Shown: positions 1 to 8,654 of the stretch, piece after piece
How the letters are laid out: each line of letters starts with the position of its first letter
How positions within the stretch are numbered: the stretch's first letter is position 1
NCBI GenBank assembly: GCA_013360585.1
Contig: JABWBH010000027.1
Coordinates: 24,657 to 88,656, forward strand
Direction of reading: 5' to 3'
Source: Phycisphaerae bacterium
Lineage (GTDB): Bacteria > Planctomycetota > Phycisphaerae > UBA1845
DNA: 64,000 nucleotides
The notes under the pieces: model-generated
Told to the model about the DNA's origin: nothing
Seen by the model: the letters and a program-made list of their open reading frames with translations, nothing else
The model's database searches: none
Translations under genes and position numbers: made by a program

Positions 1-612
1 CTCGAACACCGCCTGCTTCGCCAGCGGCGTGAAGAACCCGTCACCGTCCCCGTCCACCTTGATGAAGAAACGCTCGCCGCGCTCGGCGTACCGGTCGCTG
101 AAGCCCGCCGCCTGAGGGTTGCGCCCGCCTCCGGTGTCGCCGTAAATGAATGTCAGACGGTCGCCGGGGCTTAGCGCTTCCGGCCCCTTCACGACCGCGA
201 ACACGAATCCGTCCCGCGGCAGGTCGCGCACCTCCAGTTCGACCCCCGCTTTCGAGCAGGTCACGGTCGTGTACCCGGTCGCCGTCGCGTCGCTCGTCTG
301 CGGAGGCGCCCAGCCCCAGAACTTCGATATCGACAGCCGCACGCCGCCGCCAACCGCGATCCCCGCCTCCCCCACCGTGTACGTGCAGCGCATCGTCACC
401 CGGCTGGACACGTCCACCACCGACGGCTCGATCGTCGCCCAACCCCCGCCGTCCGCGGGCGAAGCCTTGAACCGGGACTCGTCCGGCAGCACCAGCCGCG
501 GCGCCGGATCCGGCTCATCCGACGGCGGAGGCTCACGCGTCGCCTGCTGCGCGCAGGCCGACCCCGCGAAGGCGAGACTGAAGATCAGAAAGTGCCGCGC
601 TCCGTCAGACAT
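1..612 (-). CDS. hypothetical secreted protein (N-terminal part; gene runs off the left window edge)
   Basis: The frame is open from the window edge, so it is absent from the ORF track. ATG at 612-610 shares one base with the TGA of the upstream DUF1501 gene (TGATG). The N-terminus MSDGARHFLIFSLAFAGSACAQQ is signal-peptide-like. Codon bias matches neighbours. Confidence 0.55.
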   Translation of the reverse strand, partial: MSDGARHFLIFSLAFAGSACAQQATREPPPSDEPDPAPRLVLPDESRFKASPADGGGWATIEPSVVDVSSRVTMRCTYTVGEAGIAVGGGVRLSISKFWGWAPPQTSDATATGYTTVTCSKAGVELEVRDLPRDGFVFAVVKGPEALSPGDRLTFIYGDTGGGRNPQAAGFSDRYAERGERFFIKVDGDGDGFFTPLAKQAVFE

Positions 613-2087
613 CACGCCAGCAGATCACGAACGACCTTCCCGAATACGTCGGTCAGGCGGTAGTCGCGCCCCTCGTGACGGTAGGTCAGGCGCTCATGAT
701 GAAACCCGAGCAGATGCAGCATCGTGGCGTGCAGGTCATGCACCTCCACCGGCTTGTCCACGATGTTGTAGCTGTAGTCATCCGTCGATCCGTAAGTGAT
801 GCCGGGCTTCACGCCGCCGCCGGCCAGCCAGACCGTGAAGCACCTCGGATGATGATCGCGCCCGTAATTCTCGTGCGTCAGCGTCCCCTGACTGTAAACC
901 GTCCGACCGAACTCGCCCGCCCACAATACGAGCGTCTCGTCCAACATCCCGCGACGACGCAGATCCTTGATGAGCGCCGCCTGAGGCTGATCGACCGCCT
1001 TGCACTGCGCCCGCATCTCCCCGGGCAGATTGTTGTGCGCGTCCCACCCGCGCATGTAAAGCTGGATGAAGCGCACGCCGCGCTCCGCCAGCCGCCGCGC
1101 CAGCAGGCAGTTCGCCGCGAAGCTCCCCGGCGTCTTCACATCCGGTCCGTACATCGCCAGCGTATCTTCATCTTCGTCGGAGAAATCCGTCAGCTCCGGG
1201 ACGGACATCTGCATCCGGTAGGCCATCTCGTACTGTGCGATGCGCGTCTGCACCTCGGGGTCGAGCGTCCGACGTGACTCGCGCTCGTTCAACGTCCCCA
1301 CCAGGTCCAGCATGCGCCGCCGGTCTTCGCGCGTAACGCCGGGCGGATCCTTCAGATAAAGCACTTCTCCGCCCGCCCGAAGCTTACACCCCTGATGCGC
1401 ACTGGGCAGAAAGCCGCTCCCCCAGAACCGCGCCGACAGCGCCTGCATGTTCCCGAAACCCTGCGTGATCAGCACGACGAACGACGGCAGATTCGCGTTC
1501 GCACTGCCCAGTCCGTAGCTGATCCACGAACCGAACGAAGGCCGGCCCGGCTGCTGATTCCCGGTCTGGAAGAACGTGATGCCCGGTTCGTGGTTGATCG
1601 CCTCGGTATGCATCGAGTGAACGAAGCACAGCTCGTGCGCGACGGACGCGGTGTGCGGGATCAATTCGCTCAGCCAGACCCCGTCCTGGTGATTGCGGTA
1701 GCGCGTGAACTTGAAGATCGACGGAGCGACCGGAAAGCGCGCCTGCCCGCTGGTCATCCCCGTAAGGCGCTGGCCCATCCGGATCGAGTCCGGCAAATCC
1801 TGGTCGAACCGCCGGCGAAGCAGCGGCTTATAATCATACAGATCGAGCTGGCTGGGCGCCCCCTCCATGTGAAGGTAGATGACGCGCTTCGCCTTCGGAG
1901 CGAAGTGCGGACCCGGCGGCGACGCCGATCCCGACCGGCCGACGGCGTCCGCGCTCGCGGACTTCGGCGACAACAACGACGCCAGCGCCGCCGTCCCCAG
2001 CCCGGCGCCGATCGACCGCGCCGCTGTTCCGAAGAACCGCCGACGGGTCATGTCCAGATACGTCGTCTCGAGCGGATCCATCAACAC
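612..2087 (-). CDS. DUF1501 domain protein (sulfatase-like, Tat-type signal)
   Basis: 491 aa. Twin-arginine leader TRRRFFGTAARSIGAGLG. Blocks such as HSMHTEAINHEPG and ENYGRDHHP are typical of the planctomycete DUF1501 family. Confidence 0.85.
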   Translation of the reverse strand: MLMDPLETTYLDMTRRRFFGTAARSIGAGLGTAALASLLSPKSASADAVGRSGSASPPGPHFAPKAKRVIYLHMEGAPSQLDLYDYKPLLRRRFDQDLPDSIRMGQRLTGMTSGQARFPVAPSIFKFTRYRNHQDGVWLSELIPHTASVAHELCFVHSMHTEAINHEPGITFFQTGNQQPGRPSFGSWISYGLGSANANLPSFVVLITQGFGNMQALSARFWGSGFLPSAHQGCKLRAGGEVLYLKDPPGVTREDRRRMLDLVGTLNERESRRTLDPEVQTRIAQYEMAYRMQMSVPELTDFSDEDEDTLAMYGPDVKTPGSFAANCLLARRLAERGVRFIQLYMRGWDAHNNLPGEMRAQCKAVDQPQAALIKDLRRRGMLDETLVLWAGEFGRTVYSQGTLTHENYGRDHHPRCFTVWLAGGGVKPGITYGSTDDYSYNIVDKPVEVHDLHATMLHLLGFHHERLTYRHEGRDYRLTDVFGKVVRDLLA

Positions 2088-2282
2088 GCTCCCCGGAGGC
2101 CCCGACGCGCTCTCCCGCAGTTGCGCCGCGTGCGATAACGAAGCCGCGATCGCCGCTCACAGCAACCTCCGGCCGCGCAAGCCTCCCGGCCCTCAGTATA
2201 CGCCCTCCGCATCAAAAAAACCCCCTCCGAAGTCTCTGCCCGGCTGCACTCACCGGGCGTTGAGCTTCCCAGGGAACTTAGA

Positions 2283-2356
2283 CGCTGTTTCAAAACCGAG
2301 CCGCGCCCGTAAGGAAGCGTGCCTTTCGGGCCTTTCACGCGGGTTTTGAAACAGCG
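2283..2356. repeat. Repeat family A copy 1 (74-bp hairpin element with CGCTGTTTCAAAACC terminal inverted repeats)
   Basis: cgctgtttcaaaacc ... ggttttgaaacagcg. The interior closely matches the reverse complement of the copy at 46725-46798. Confidence 0.8.
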
Positions 2357-2840
2357 ACTTAATGATCATGCGGAGACCTCCCTGCGACAGGCCCCGCTTC
2401 GCCGGGGCGGCCGCCCCTCACCCGTCCCGGGAGAATCTTCCGAGAATCGTCTCCCCCGAGGGTCATCCGAGAGTCGTAGCCCCGGCAGGGGCGTCAGACA
2501 ACAGCCCAGCCCGCAAGGGCTGGGAAGGAAGCCGTCGCGGACAATCCGCAAGTCCCGGAGGGACGACAGAAGTTAAGCGAGGAAGGATCGCCGCCGATCC
2601 GCCGCCCCTCCTGGACCCAGGCGCACATCGCGTCCCAACGACAGAACATCCCGGATCCCGGGCACCGAAGTCCGATAGGGACTCAGCATCCCTCTATCAA
2701 CCGCGGGATACCGAACACCAGGCCGGAACGAGGGCGGACGCCCCCCGCTAACCCTGACGCAAATCTGGTGTCCTCTTTCCCGGAAGCCGCCGGGCGCGGT
2801 TTGAATTGAACGCCCGCACGGCCTTCAGAGGAGGTTTGTC

Positions 2841-3113
2841 ATGCGAAGTCGAATGCTCAAACTCGGACGCACGCTCTTCACCGTCGCCGCCGGTGCGGCG
2901 GTCCTCAGCGGTTCCTGCAACGTCGGCCTCGACGGCGTCAGCGTCTTCCTCACCCCGGGCGGCGACTGCTGCGATGACGGGTACTTCGAGTTCGGAGGCT
3001 CGTTCTACGAGGAGGAGTATTACGAGGAGTATTACTACGACGACCTGTTCTACGAAGAAGACTACTACTACGAGGAAGAGTATTACTACGACGACGGGTA
3101 TTACTACCCCTGA
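2841..3113 (+). CDS. small secreted (possibly lipo-) protein with an extreme Tyr/Glu/Asp-rich C-terminus
   Basis: Strong SD agaggagg sits 6 nt upstream of the ATG. Signal peptide MRSRMLKLGRTLFTVAAGAAVLSGSC. Tail is FYEEEYYEEYYYDDLFYEEDYYYEEEYYYDDGYYYP. Confidence 0.55.
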   Translation: MRSRMLKLGRTLFTVAAGAAVLSGSCNVGLDGVSVFLTPGGDCCDDGYFEFGGSFYEEEYYEEYYYDDLFYEEDYYYEEEYYYDDGYYYP

Positions 3114-3129
3114 AGCATTACTCGCACCG

Positions 3130-3207
3130 GTGGAGCGCCCGCCTGAAGAGCGGAACGCCCCCGAACCGCAGGCTTCAGCCCGTGCAAATGCTCGTTCAGC
3201 GTCGCGG
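3130..3207. repeat. Repeat family B, diverged partial copy
   Basis: gtggagcgccc ... ccgcaggcttcagcccgtgcaaatgctcgttcagcg aligns with the family B core (gtggagcgccc...ccgcgggcttcagcccgcgcgaacgcttgtttcgcagcg), with an insertion and substitutions. Confidence 0.4.
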
Positions 3208-3553
3208 GTGACAAATCGGGCGGGGTGACGCTGGCCCATCCCCTCGCCCGATTCGATAAAGTTCGGCGCGCGAGCCGTCTTGTTGTCGATGCGGACTCCC
3301 AAGAGGACGCCGGGGGACCGGGCATGTTCGCCGCGAACACGAGGGTGGAAATCCCAACCTCCCTCGCACAGTCGCCCTTAAAGTGTAAATCGTTTTTTGA
3401 TTGAATTTCCCTCTTTTATGGGTCATACTGAGGTCAGTTCGCCCGGAGCGAGCCGTCCTGATTGAGCCGGGGAAATGTGTCGCAGAGACGCCTCCGCGGC
3501 CACGAGGGGCTCCCGTCAGCTCGCACCAACAACCGCATCATGGGAGGATACAA

Positions 3554-4003
3554 ATGTCCAGCGCACGCGCATCGTACCGTGTCACCTCAAACATCACGAT
3601 GTTCAGTATTTCAGCGATCCTCAGTCTCCCGGCTCCAAGAGCTTTCGCGCAGGGATCCGCTGTTTGTGGGTAGGATGGCGGAGACACTTGTACTGCGGAC
3701 CTTCTCTGCACCTGTTTCAGCGGCACATGCACACAATACCGTCAGTTCTCGTTCACGCTTCAATTCGTGGACCTCGATGAAGAAGGGTACTGCTGGGAAG
3801 TTATTCCCGATGAAGTCTGCCACTTTGTCTGCGACTGTCCTCGTGCCGGTCAAACATGTGGCGCGACTCAGCCATGTACGCAACCGAACCCTTTGACATG
3901 CCTCCCGGTGGCCGACCCCGTATTGGTGGATGATTATGTGTACTCTTCGGCGTGCTGTAGTTGCGACTGCGGCATTAGCGCATGCTGTCCTGTAGAACCA
4001 TAA
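3554..4003 (+). pseudogene. Cys-rich secreted protein ORF interrupted by one in-frame TAG (3671-3673)
   Basis: SD gggagga precedes ATG 3554. It encodes a signal peptide (MSSARASYRVTSNITMFSISAILSLPAPRAFA/QG). After the TAG at 3671 the same frame stays open to 4003. That stretch encodes a very Cys-rich sequence (DTCTADLLCTCFSGTC...ACCSCDCGISACCPVEP). Track ORFs 3401..3673 and 3767..4003 are in the same frame. Confidence 0.4.
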
Positions 4004-4085
4004 TCATGATGTCCTTGCCTTGCTCGCAGCAGGTCAAACGTGACAACCCTTCTGTTGTTCATTCTTTGCTTCAGGGAGCGGCCGC

Positions 4086-4484
4086 ATGACCTTCATTGTA
4101 ATAGGTTTGTTATCTCTTTTGCAGACTCGTTCCCAACCCATTCCTGTACGGCAGATGGAGATCCCGGCGGAATTGCAGCGGATGCAGGACTACCGGGCGA
4201 AGCTCTTTGACCGCGCGAGAATCGAAGGGTCGTTGGAAAGCGGCGGCGTGACGGGATCCTTTTCGTCTCAGTATGCCGGCGAGGATTTTCTCCTTGTGTC
4301 GCACGGAACGGAAACGGGTCTCGCGAACATTCACATGGACGGCTGGCAGTATGCCTACTCCAAGCGCCGGCTGCTTTTCAAGGATAACCAACAATGGGGC
4401 TATCAATCAGAGCATATAATACTTGACTTATCTGGTATTGCGGGCAATCTACCTGGATGGCCACTCAAGACGCACGGACGTTAA
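4086..4484 (+). CDS. hypothetical protein (hydrophobic N-terminus)
   Basis: 132-aa ORF in a visibly AT-richer patch. No family recognised. Confidence 0.35.
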   Translation: MTFIVIGLLSLLQTRSQPIPVRQMEIPAELQRMQDYRAKLFDRARIEGSLESGGVTGSFSSQYAGEDFLLVSHGTETGLANIHMDGWQYAYSKRRLLFKDNQQWGYQSEHIILDLSGIAGNLPGWPLKTHGR

Positions 4485-4690
4485 TGCCAGAGGCCCAGGA
4501 GGCGCTTCGGCGGCGGGTGATGGAGGTGATCGACAACGGGATGAAGCCCGCGGCGGCGGCGCGGACGTTCGGCGTCAGCCGTCAGGCGATTCACAACTGG
4601 AGGACGCGGCGATCGCGCGGCGGACCCGACCCGCTCAAGTCGCGCAAGCACGGACGACCGCCCTGCCGCCGGAAGCGGCGATCCGTTTGA
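4457..4690 (+). pseudogene. IS630-family transposase remnant (N-terminal HTH only)
   Basis: The 77-aa ORF contains LMPEAQEALRRRVMEVIDNGMKPAAAARTFGVSRQAIHNWRTRRSRGGPDPLKSRKHGRP. This matches the N-terminal HTH pattern of IS630/Tc1-type transposases. The DDE catalytic part is absent. Confidence 0.6.
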
Positions 4691-4753
4691 ACGTCCCTCC
4701 TGATGATGCTGCGGCTTTTGAGCTTCCGATCCGGGTTATTGCGGGACAGTAGA

Positions 4754-4875
4754 GTCCCGAGTTGCAAATTCGCTGCTCAATTCGGGAGCGCGGACCTCCG
4801 GTCCGCCCGGGCGGAGCAGAGCTCTGCGCTCCTCATCAAAGGCTATGAACTGATGATTCACCCCGGCAGCGGTTT
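4754..4875. repeat. Repeat family C copy 1 (structured intergenic element)
   Basis: cccgagttgcaaattcgctgctcaattcggg / gcggacctccggtccgc / ggagcagagctctgcgctcc hairpins. Alignable with 10936-11062 and 18225-18305. Confidence 0.75.
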
Positions 4876-4895
4876 ATTGCAGATCGGCGAGCACG

Positions 4896-5714
4896 TCACA
4901 GCGGGTGGATGAGGATGCGGCAGCGGCCCGGGGTGATTTCGATGTTGTCGACGGTGAACGCGCGGTTTCCGTTAGGCCAGCGAAAGCGATTGCGGATCGG
5001 GAATCCGTCGCGTGCGAGGGCTTCGGGGTCGTCAAGCCCGGAAAGGACGGAGCGCAGTGAATCCGTCGAGGCGGAGCGGGAGGATGAAGCGGAGTGGGAG
5101 GATGAGGCGTCGGCGGTGCGTTCCAGCCACGACCGGACCTCGCCGGTCCAGAGGAACGCCGGGAGCGCGACAACGCCGGCGCGAACCGCATCGAGCCGGA
5201 CCCGCAGTTCGGCGTCATCCGGCGACGCGCGGAGCCTCAGTCCCGCGCTGACGACCACGTGATCGCCTTTGCGGCGCAGGATCGCGCCGACGCGGAGTTC
5301 GTCGGTCAGGAACGCGACGGCGGGCGCCTCCAGCGCAGCGGGCCAGGAACCGCCCGAGTCACGACCGTCCCGCCGGGCGCCGGCGAGGAGCCGGTTGGCC
5401 TGCGCTTCGGTCATTTCGATCGTGAACGAGCGCCCCTGAACCATCTGATCGCTGATCCAGTCGACCCACGCGGTCGCCTCGAAGCGCACGTCGGCGACAT
5501 GTTCATCCGCAAGCGACATCGGTCGGTACCAGGCCGGGATGCGGTGCAGGGCGAGCCAGAGCGTGATCGCGCCAAGCAGGATCAGAACGCACGTGATTCC
5601 GAAGGCGCGGCGCCGGCGTCGCCGGCGCGATCGTGCATTGTCGGCCGACGTCTGCTCGGGGGCGTGCGGCGTCCGGGCTTCACGCACGGGAACACTGTCA
5701 GTCCGCGTCGTCAT
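4896..5714 (-). CDS. hypothetical membrane-anchored protein
   Basis: 272 aa. Arg-rich N-terminus followed by one TM helix (AFGITCVLILLGAITLWLAL). The start overlaps the stop of the upstream gene by 4 nt. Confidence 0.55.
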   Translation of the reverse strand: MTTRTDSVPVREARTPHAPEQTSADNARSRRRRRRRAFGITCVLILLGAITLWLALHRIPAWYRPMSLADEHVADVRFEATAWVDWISDQMVQGRSFTIEMTEAQANRLLAGARRDGRDSGGSWPAALEAPAVAFLTDELRVGAILRRKGDHVVVSAGLRLRASPDDAELRVRLDAVRAGVVALPAFLWTGEVRSWLERTADASSSHSASSSRSASTDSLRSVLSGLDDPEALARDGFPIRNRFRWPNGNRAFTVDNIEITPGRCRILIHPL

Positions 5715-6337
5715 TGTTTCGGCTGCGGCGTGGGGGTTTGCGGCGTTGGATCGGCGGGTTTCGCCGGCGGGTCAGAGCGTGTCGGGGTCGCTTCCGGCGT
5801 TTTCGTGGACGAGGGGGCGGGTTCACCGGGGGGTGAGTTCAGCGGCATGATCTGCCCGGACATGATTCCGCCGTAACCGGCGCCGAACCAGCATCCGCTG
5901 TAGAATCCGCGGTAGATCATGACGCGGGCGGAGTAGGTTCCGACGAGCGGGATGGAGACGTTGTCGAGAGTGATGACCGGGGTGTCGCCGGCCCAGGCGA
6001 CGCGGACGACCACGGGAACCTCGACGTCGCGGTCGGCGTATTGAATACGGGCTTTGATCATCCAGGAGTCGTCGACGATCTTGGAGACCTCGCTGATGAC
6101 GTAGCGTTCGTCGATCGGTTCGGAGAGGCGTGTTTCGTCGCGGTTGAGTCCTTTTCCGATCATGCGGAACGTTCCGACGAGTGCGACACCGCTGAGCGAG
6201 CGCTGAAACTCGCGTTCCAGTTCGTCCTGCGATGGCGCGGCGGTGCGGTTCCGGTCGGCGGGCTGAGGGGCTGGCGCGGGAGGCGGCTGCTGTCGGGCGA
6301 GAAGCAAGACAAGCGTGATGCAGGCGACGGCGAACAT
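5711..6337 (-). CDS. hypothetical exported protein with Pro/Thr-rich C-terminal tail
   Basis: 208 aa. N-terminal hydrophobic segment MFAVACITLVLLLA. Translationally coupled to 4896..5714. Confidence 0.6.
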   Translation of the reverse strand: MFAVACITLVLLLARQQPPPAPAPQPADRNRTAAPSQDELEREFQRSLSGVALVGTFRMIGKGLNRDETRLSEPIDERYVISEVSKIVDDSWMIKARIQYADRDVEVPVVVRVAWAGDTPVITLDNVSIPLVGTYSARVMIYRGFYSGCWFGAGYGGIMSGQIMPLNSPPGEPAPSSTKTPEATPTRSDPPAKPADPTPQTPTPQPKQ

Positions 6338-6390
6338 GTGACGCTCCTGAAGGTCGACAACCGAGCCGGCGGCCGCTCGGTCGCCGGGCG

Positions 6391-8433
6391 TCAGCCGCGG
6401 CTGTCCGCCAGAGCGGCAGCCTTGTCGCCGCGGTCGGCGGCGCCGTGTGAAGGATGCGGGAAGAGGTTGGATTCCGCAAGCCTGTCCAGCAAAGCGTCCG
6501 GGAGCTTCCGCAGACTTTCGTAGCGGGTCGGGTGCTCGACGCTCAGGTAGGCAATGCCGGCGCTGGCGATCAGCAGGCTCAATCCGAGGGTGATCGCAGC
6601 GGGGGCGAGGACGACACGTCGGATAAGGCTGCGTCGGCGGTCGGCGGATGTCACGATGACGTCGATCGTCTCGAGGATGGTCAGCCCGACGGAGCGAGCG
6701 ACCTGCTGAGAATTGCGGAAGACGTGGTCAATGACCTCTGCGAGGATGACGAACGCAATCCCGGCGCAGCACCCGAGCAGAAGGGCGACGATCATGATCG
6801 TCCGGGTCTGCGGGGAGACGGGAACGTGGGAGCCTCGGGCGGCCTGGTCTTCGGTGAACGTGACCGCCCGCCCCTGCTCATTCGCGGCGAGGATCGGTTC
6901 GATGCGCCCGAGGACGTCGCGGTATCCGTTGCACTCGGCCGTGGCGAGGTCGATGTCTCCGATCAGGCGGGCGAAGGTTTCCTGCTGATCCAGGACGCGA
7001 TCCTTCGCGACGGTGAGCTTATCAATTTTCTCGATCGTGGCGGCGAGGCGCGTCTCGAACTCGCGGGTGTGTTGTTCGAGAGTGTCAATCTGGTTTTTGA
7101 TGCGGTCGTTTTCCTGGCGCCACTGAATGAGGATGGGGTCATCGTGTTCGACAAGCTGGGGGTCGGCGGTTTCGATCGGCTGGTTGGAGGCGACCTGATC
7201 GTCCGCGCGGCGCTGGGTAAAGAGGCGCTCCTCAAGCCGGGCGCGTTCAGCGCGAAGCTGGACGATCTCCGGGTGCTCGTCGAGCATGCCTCGATCGAGC
7301 CTGAGCTTCTCGATCTGGTCATCGATGGACTTGATCGCGGTGGCGATCCGGACGGCTTCGGCGCTGAAAAGCAGCCCCGGTCCCGGTTCGGCGCCGTCCC
7401 GGGCGCCGACGGCGATGCGCATCTGCGTGGAGCGGTAGAGTTCCTGAAGCCCGGACATATCGATCGCCGCGGTCTTGAGACGCAACTCCAGGTCGCGGCG
7501 CTCGCGCTGCAGATCCTCGAGACGATCGGCGACCGTCGAGGGGTTGTGCGGATCGATGTAGGGATTCTCGAGACGGAGCAATGAAAGCTGCTTCTGAGTC
7601 GCGGTGAGGTGCGCGGTGGCGTCGTCGAGGCGCTTTGTGTACCAGGTCTTTTTGCCTTCGAGAACTTCACGAATGCGCGTCCGCGTGTCTTCGACGTAAA
7701 TGCTGCGCAAGGCGTCGACAAGCTTGACGCCGAGGTCGGGGTCGGGGCCGGTGTAACGGATTTCGACCAGATCCAGATGCTGAGTCCGCTCCTTGCTGGA
7801 GACGGAAATGCTGCCGATCAGCGAACGTCCGAGCGCTTCGGCGCGGGCCCGCGCATCCGGCGAGAGTTCGTCGTCGGGGCCGCGGTCGCTCAGGTCGATC
7901 AGCCCGAGCTTGATGACCGCCTTCGTCATCGCGGCGGGCGCTACGATGTCGCGTTCGAGCGTCTGACGGAAGTAGGCGAACGAGCCGATGCCTTCGGTGG
8001 TCGGCAGGTCGATCAGGATCGGGTCGTCGCGGCGCTCAAAGCGCGTGCTGGCGGTGTACGTGCGCGGATAGTTCAGACTTGTGATGAACGTTGCGGCGGC
8101 AACGATGCAGAACGGGAAAAAGAACAACCACCGGCGAAGCGAGATGATCGCCAGACCGTTGTGGACGGCCTTGCGAAGCTCATGAAACGGCCGATCCGCC
8201 AGATCGGGCGGGGCGGCCGGAGCCCGCGAAGCGGTTTCCGCGTAGACCGTGCTAGATGGGTTCTGCTTTTTTTTCAAGGAACGCTTCCGTCCCGAGACAC
8301 TCGCGCGATCCGCAACCGTGTACGACTGATAAGCCGCAGTTGTGTTTTCGGACACGTCCGACGCCTTCTTAAAGCTGTTGTGGAACACAGAGGGAAAAGA
8401 GACTTCCGGGCCGATCCGGCGTGACCTGAGCAC
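6391..8433 (-). CDS. polysaccharide co-polymerase / chain-length determinant (Wzz/GumC-like, no kinase domain)
   Basis: 680 aa. An N-terminal TM helix follows LRRWLFFFPFCIVAAATFITSL. Then comes a long coiled-coil periplasmic region and a C-terminal TM helix IMIVALLLGCCAGIAFVILAEVID. This topology and the motifs are typical of the PCP family. GTG start; the exact start is uncertain. Confidence 0.65.
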   Translation of the reverse strand: MLRSRRIGPEVSFPSVFHNSFKKASDVSENTTAAYQSYTVADRASVSGRKRSLKKKQNPSSTVYAETASRAPAAPPDLADRPFHELRKAVHNGLAIISLRRWLFFFPFCIVAAATFITSLNYPRTYTASTRFERRDDPILIDLPTTEGIGSFAYFRQTLERDIVAPAAMTKAVIKLGLIDLSDRGPDDELSPDARARAEALGRSLIGSISVSSKERTQHLDLVEIRYTGPDPDLGVKLVDALRSIYVEDTRTRIREVLEGKKTWYTKRLDDATAHLTATQKQLSLLRLENPYIDPHNPSTVADRLEDLQRERRDLELRLKTAAIDMSGLQELYRSTQMRIAVGARDGAEPGPGLLFSAEAVRIATAIKSIDDQIEKLRLDRGMLDEHPEIVQLRAERARLEERLFTQRRADDQVASNQPIETADPQLVEHDDPILIQWRQENDRIKNQIDTLEQHTREFETRLAATIEKIDKLTVAKDRVLDQQETFARLIGDIDLATAECNGYRDVLGRIEPILAANEQGRAVTFTEDQAARGSHVPVSPQTRTIMIVALLLGCCAGIAFVILAEVIDHVFRNSQQVARSVGLTILETIDVIVTSADRRRSLIRRVVLAPAAITLGLSLLIASAGIAYLSVEHPTRYESLRKLPDALLDRLAESNLFPHPSHGAADRGDKAAALADSRG

Positions 8434-8448
8434 GGATGTCTTATCGGA

Positions 8449-8547
8449 CTAAATCGTCATTCTCGGTTCCGCGGCGCGCTGCGAAACGAGCGTTCGCGCG
8501 GGCTGAAGCCCGCGGCTCGGAGGGCGCTCCACATTCGTGAATCTTGA
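8449..8547. repeat. Repeat family B copy (inverted relative to 10831-10934)
   Basis: Differs at 1 position from the reverse complement of 10831-10934 over about 99 nt. Central perfect hairpin cgcgggc-tgaa-gcccgcg. Confidence 0.85.
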
Positions 8548-8654
8548 CCGGACGGGTATAAGCCTGCCGGAAACGTCGTCGGATGGACCGCCCCCTCGGT
8601 CATCGGTACAAACGCGGCGTATTTCGAGAGTTTGAAAGAGCAGGAGGCGCAAAC

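Noticed and set aside
2748-3302. 184-aa minus-strand ORF with a VVVVILFLVVVVFFVEQVVVVILLVILLLV segment
   Set aside because: The hydrophobic run is just the complement of the Tyr/Glu/Asp codon repeats (TAC/GAG/GAA). It has no SD or start context, while the plus-strand ORF has a strong SD and a signal peptide.
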